A stretch of DNA of 64,000 nucleotides, taken from assembly GCA_951406725.2 (NCBI GenBank), contig OX597843.1:7626001-7690000 (forward strand), written 5' to 3'. The notes below the pieces were generated by a model, which made no database searches, was not told the origin of the DNA, and saw only the letters and a program-made list of their open reading frames with translations. A program made the position numbers and the translations under genes. This document shows positions 63,268 to 64,000 of this stretch, piece by piece. Source of the stretch: Octopus vulgaris (taxonomy: Eukaryota). Each line of letters starts with the position of its first letter. The stretch's first letter is position 1.

Positions 63268-63920
63268 GCTGACTTGGCAGACACCCATAAAATTATCAAC
63301 CATCGTACAAACAATAACTCTGAGCACCTTTTCAAACTCCACCCATCTAACACCCGTGGACATATTTACAAAGTAAGAAAACAGCACAGCTCCCATGACT
63401 TCAGGAAACATTTTTTTCACGCTGAAAGTTGCTGAAGCATGGAACAAACTGCCGGCATCAGTTGTTAGTTGTCGGAGCACTGCATCCTTCAAAACTTCTA
63501 TGCTTCCTGAGATTCACCAACACTACATCTGATCTTCTCCCCTCCATACACACGCTGGAGCATGGAACAGACTGCCGGCATCAGTTGTTAGATGTCGGAT
63601 CACTGCATCCTTCAAAACTTCCATGCTTCCTGAGATTCACCAACACTACATCTGATCTTCTCCCCTCCATACACACGCTGGAGCATGGAACAAACTGCCG
63701 GCATCAGTTGTTAGATGTCGGAGCACTGCATCCTTCAAAACTTCCATGCTTCCTGAGATTCGCCAACACTACACTTGATTTTCTCCGCTCCATACACACA
63801 CAAGCATGTATCTGACTCATACATTGTTCGTTTTCCAGACATTTCTACATTACTGCATGTACTTTATATGCACTTTCTGACAAGTTGTGGTGCACCTGAG
63901 CACTGTATACAATAATTTCA
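63268..63920 (+). mobile_element. CR1-type LINE 3' end with tandem tail; inverted relative to 54713-56670
   Basis: Same family sequence on the opposite strand. Confidence 0.85.
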
Positions 63921-64000
63921 TTATATTATATATTATATATATATTTTTTTTTGTTTCAGCACACGATCTCAGATCAAATCACTTGCTATGCAAGTACATC

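Overview
Eukaryotic, repeat-dense genomic DNA. The SINE and microsatellite landscape looks like an octopus (coleoid cephalopod); this is inferred from repeat content only. The whole window lies inside one large minus-strand multi-exon gene, which I reconstructed by hand from GT-AG boundaries and intron phases. It encodes a receptor-type protein tyrosine phosphatase with this order: Cys-rich EGF-like repeats, an F-type lectin (fucolectin-like) domain, two more EGF-like exons, a TM helix, and a D1 PTP domain (WPD, HCSAGVGRTG). It continues off the left edge into a probable D2 domain, and its start lies beyond the right edge. The introns hold several tRNA-derived SINE families, RTE/CR1/Penelope LINE fragments, an ORF1-only Tx1/L1-like element, Tc1 and hAT remnants, Helitrons, MITEs and satellites. 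Main observations: (1) two sequence-unrelated ~370-440 bp fold-back elements whose long inverted arms each enclose a type I hammerhead ribozyme fold, one with a U3-A8 covariant core and compensatory arm changes between copies, plus several Penelope-type minimal hammerheads; (2) a tandemly duplicated lectin exon whose copies differ only by non-synonymous changes while flanking introns are near-identical; (3) inverted SINE pairs that share private variants. Most ORFs in the supplied track are repeat-derived artefacts. No database search or folding program was run, and repeat coordinates are approximate.
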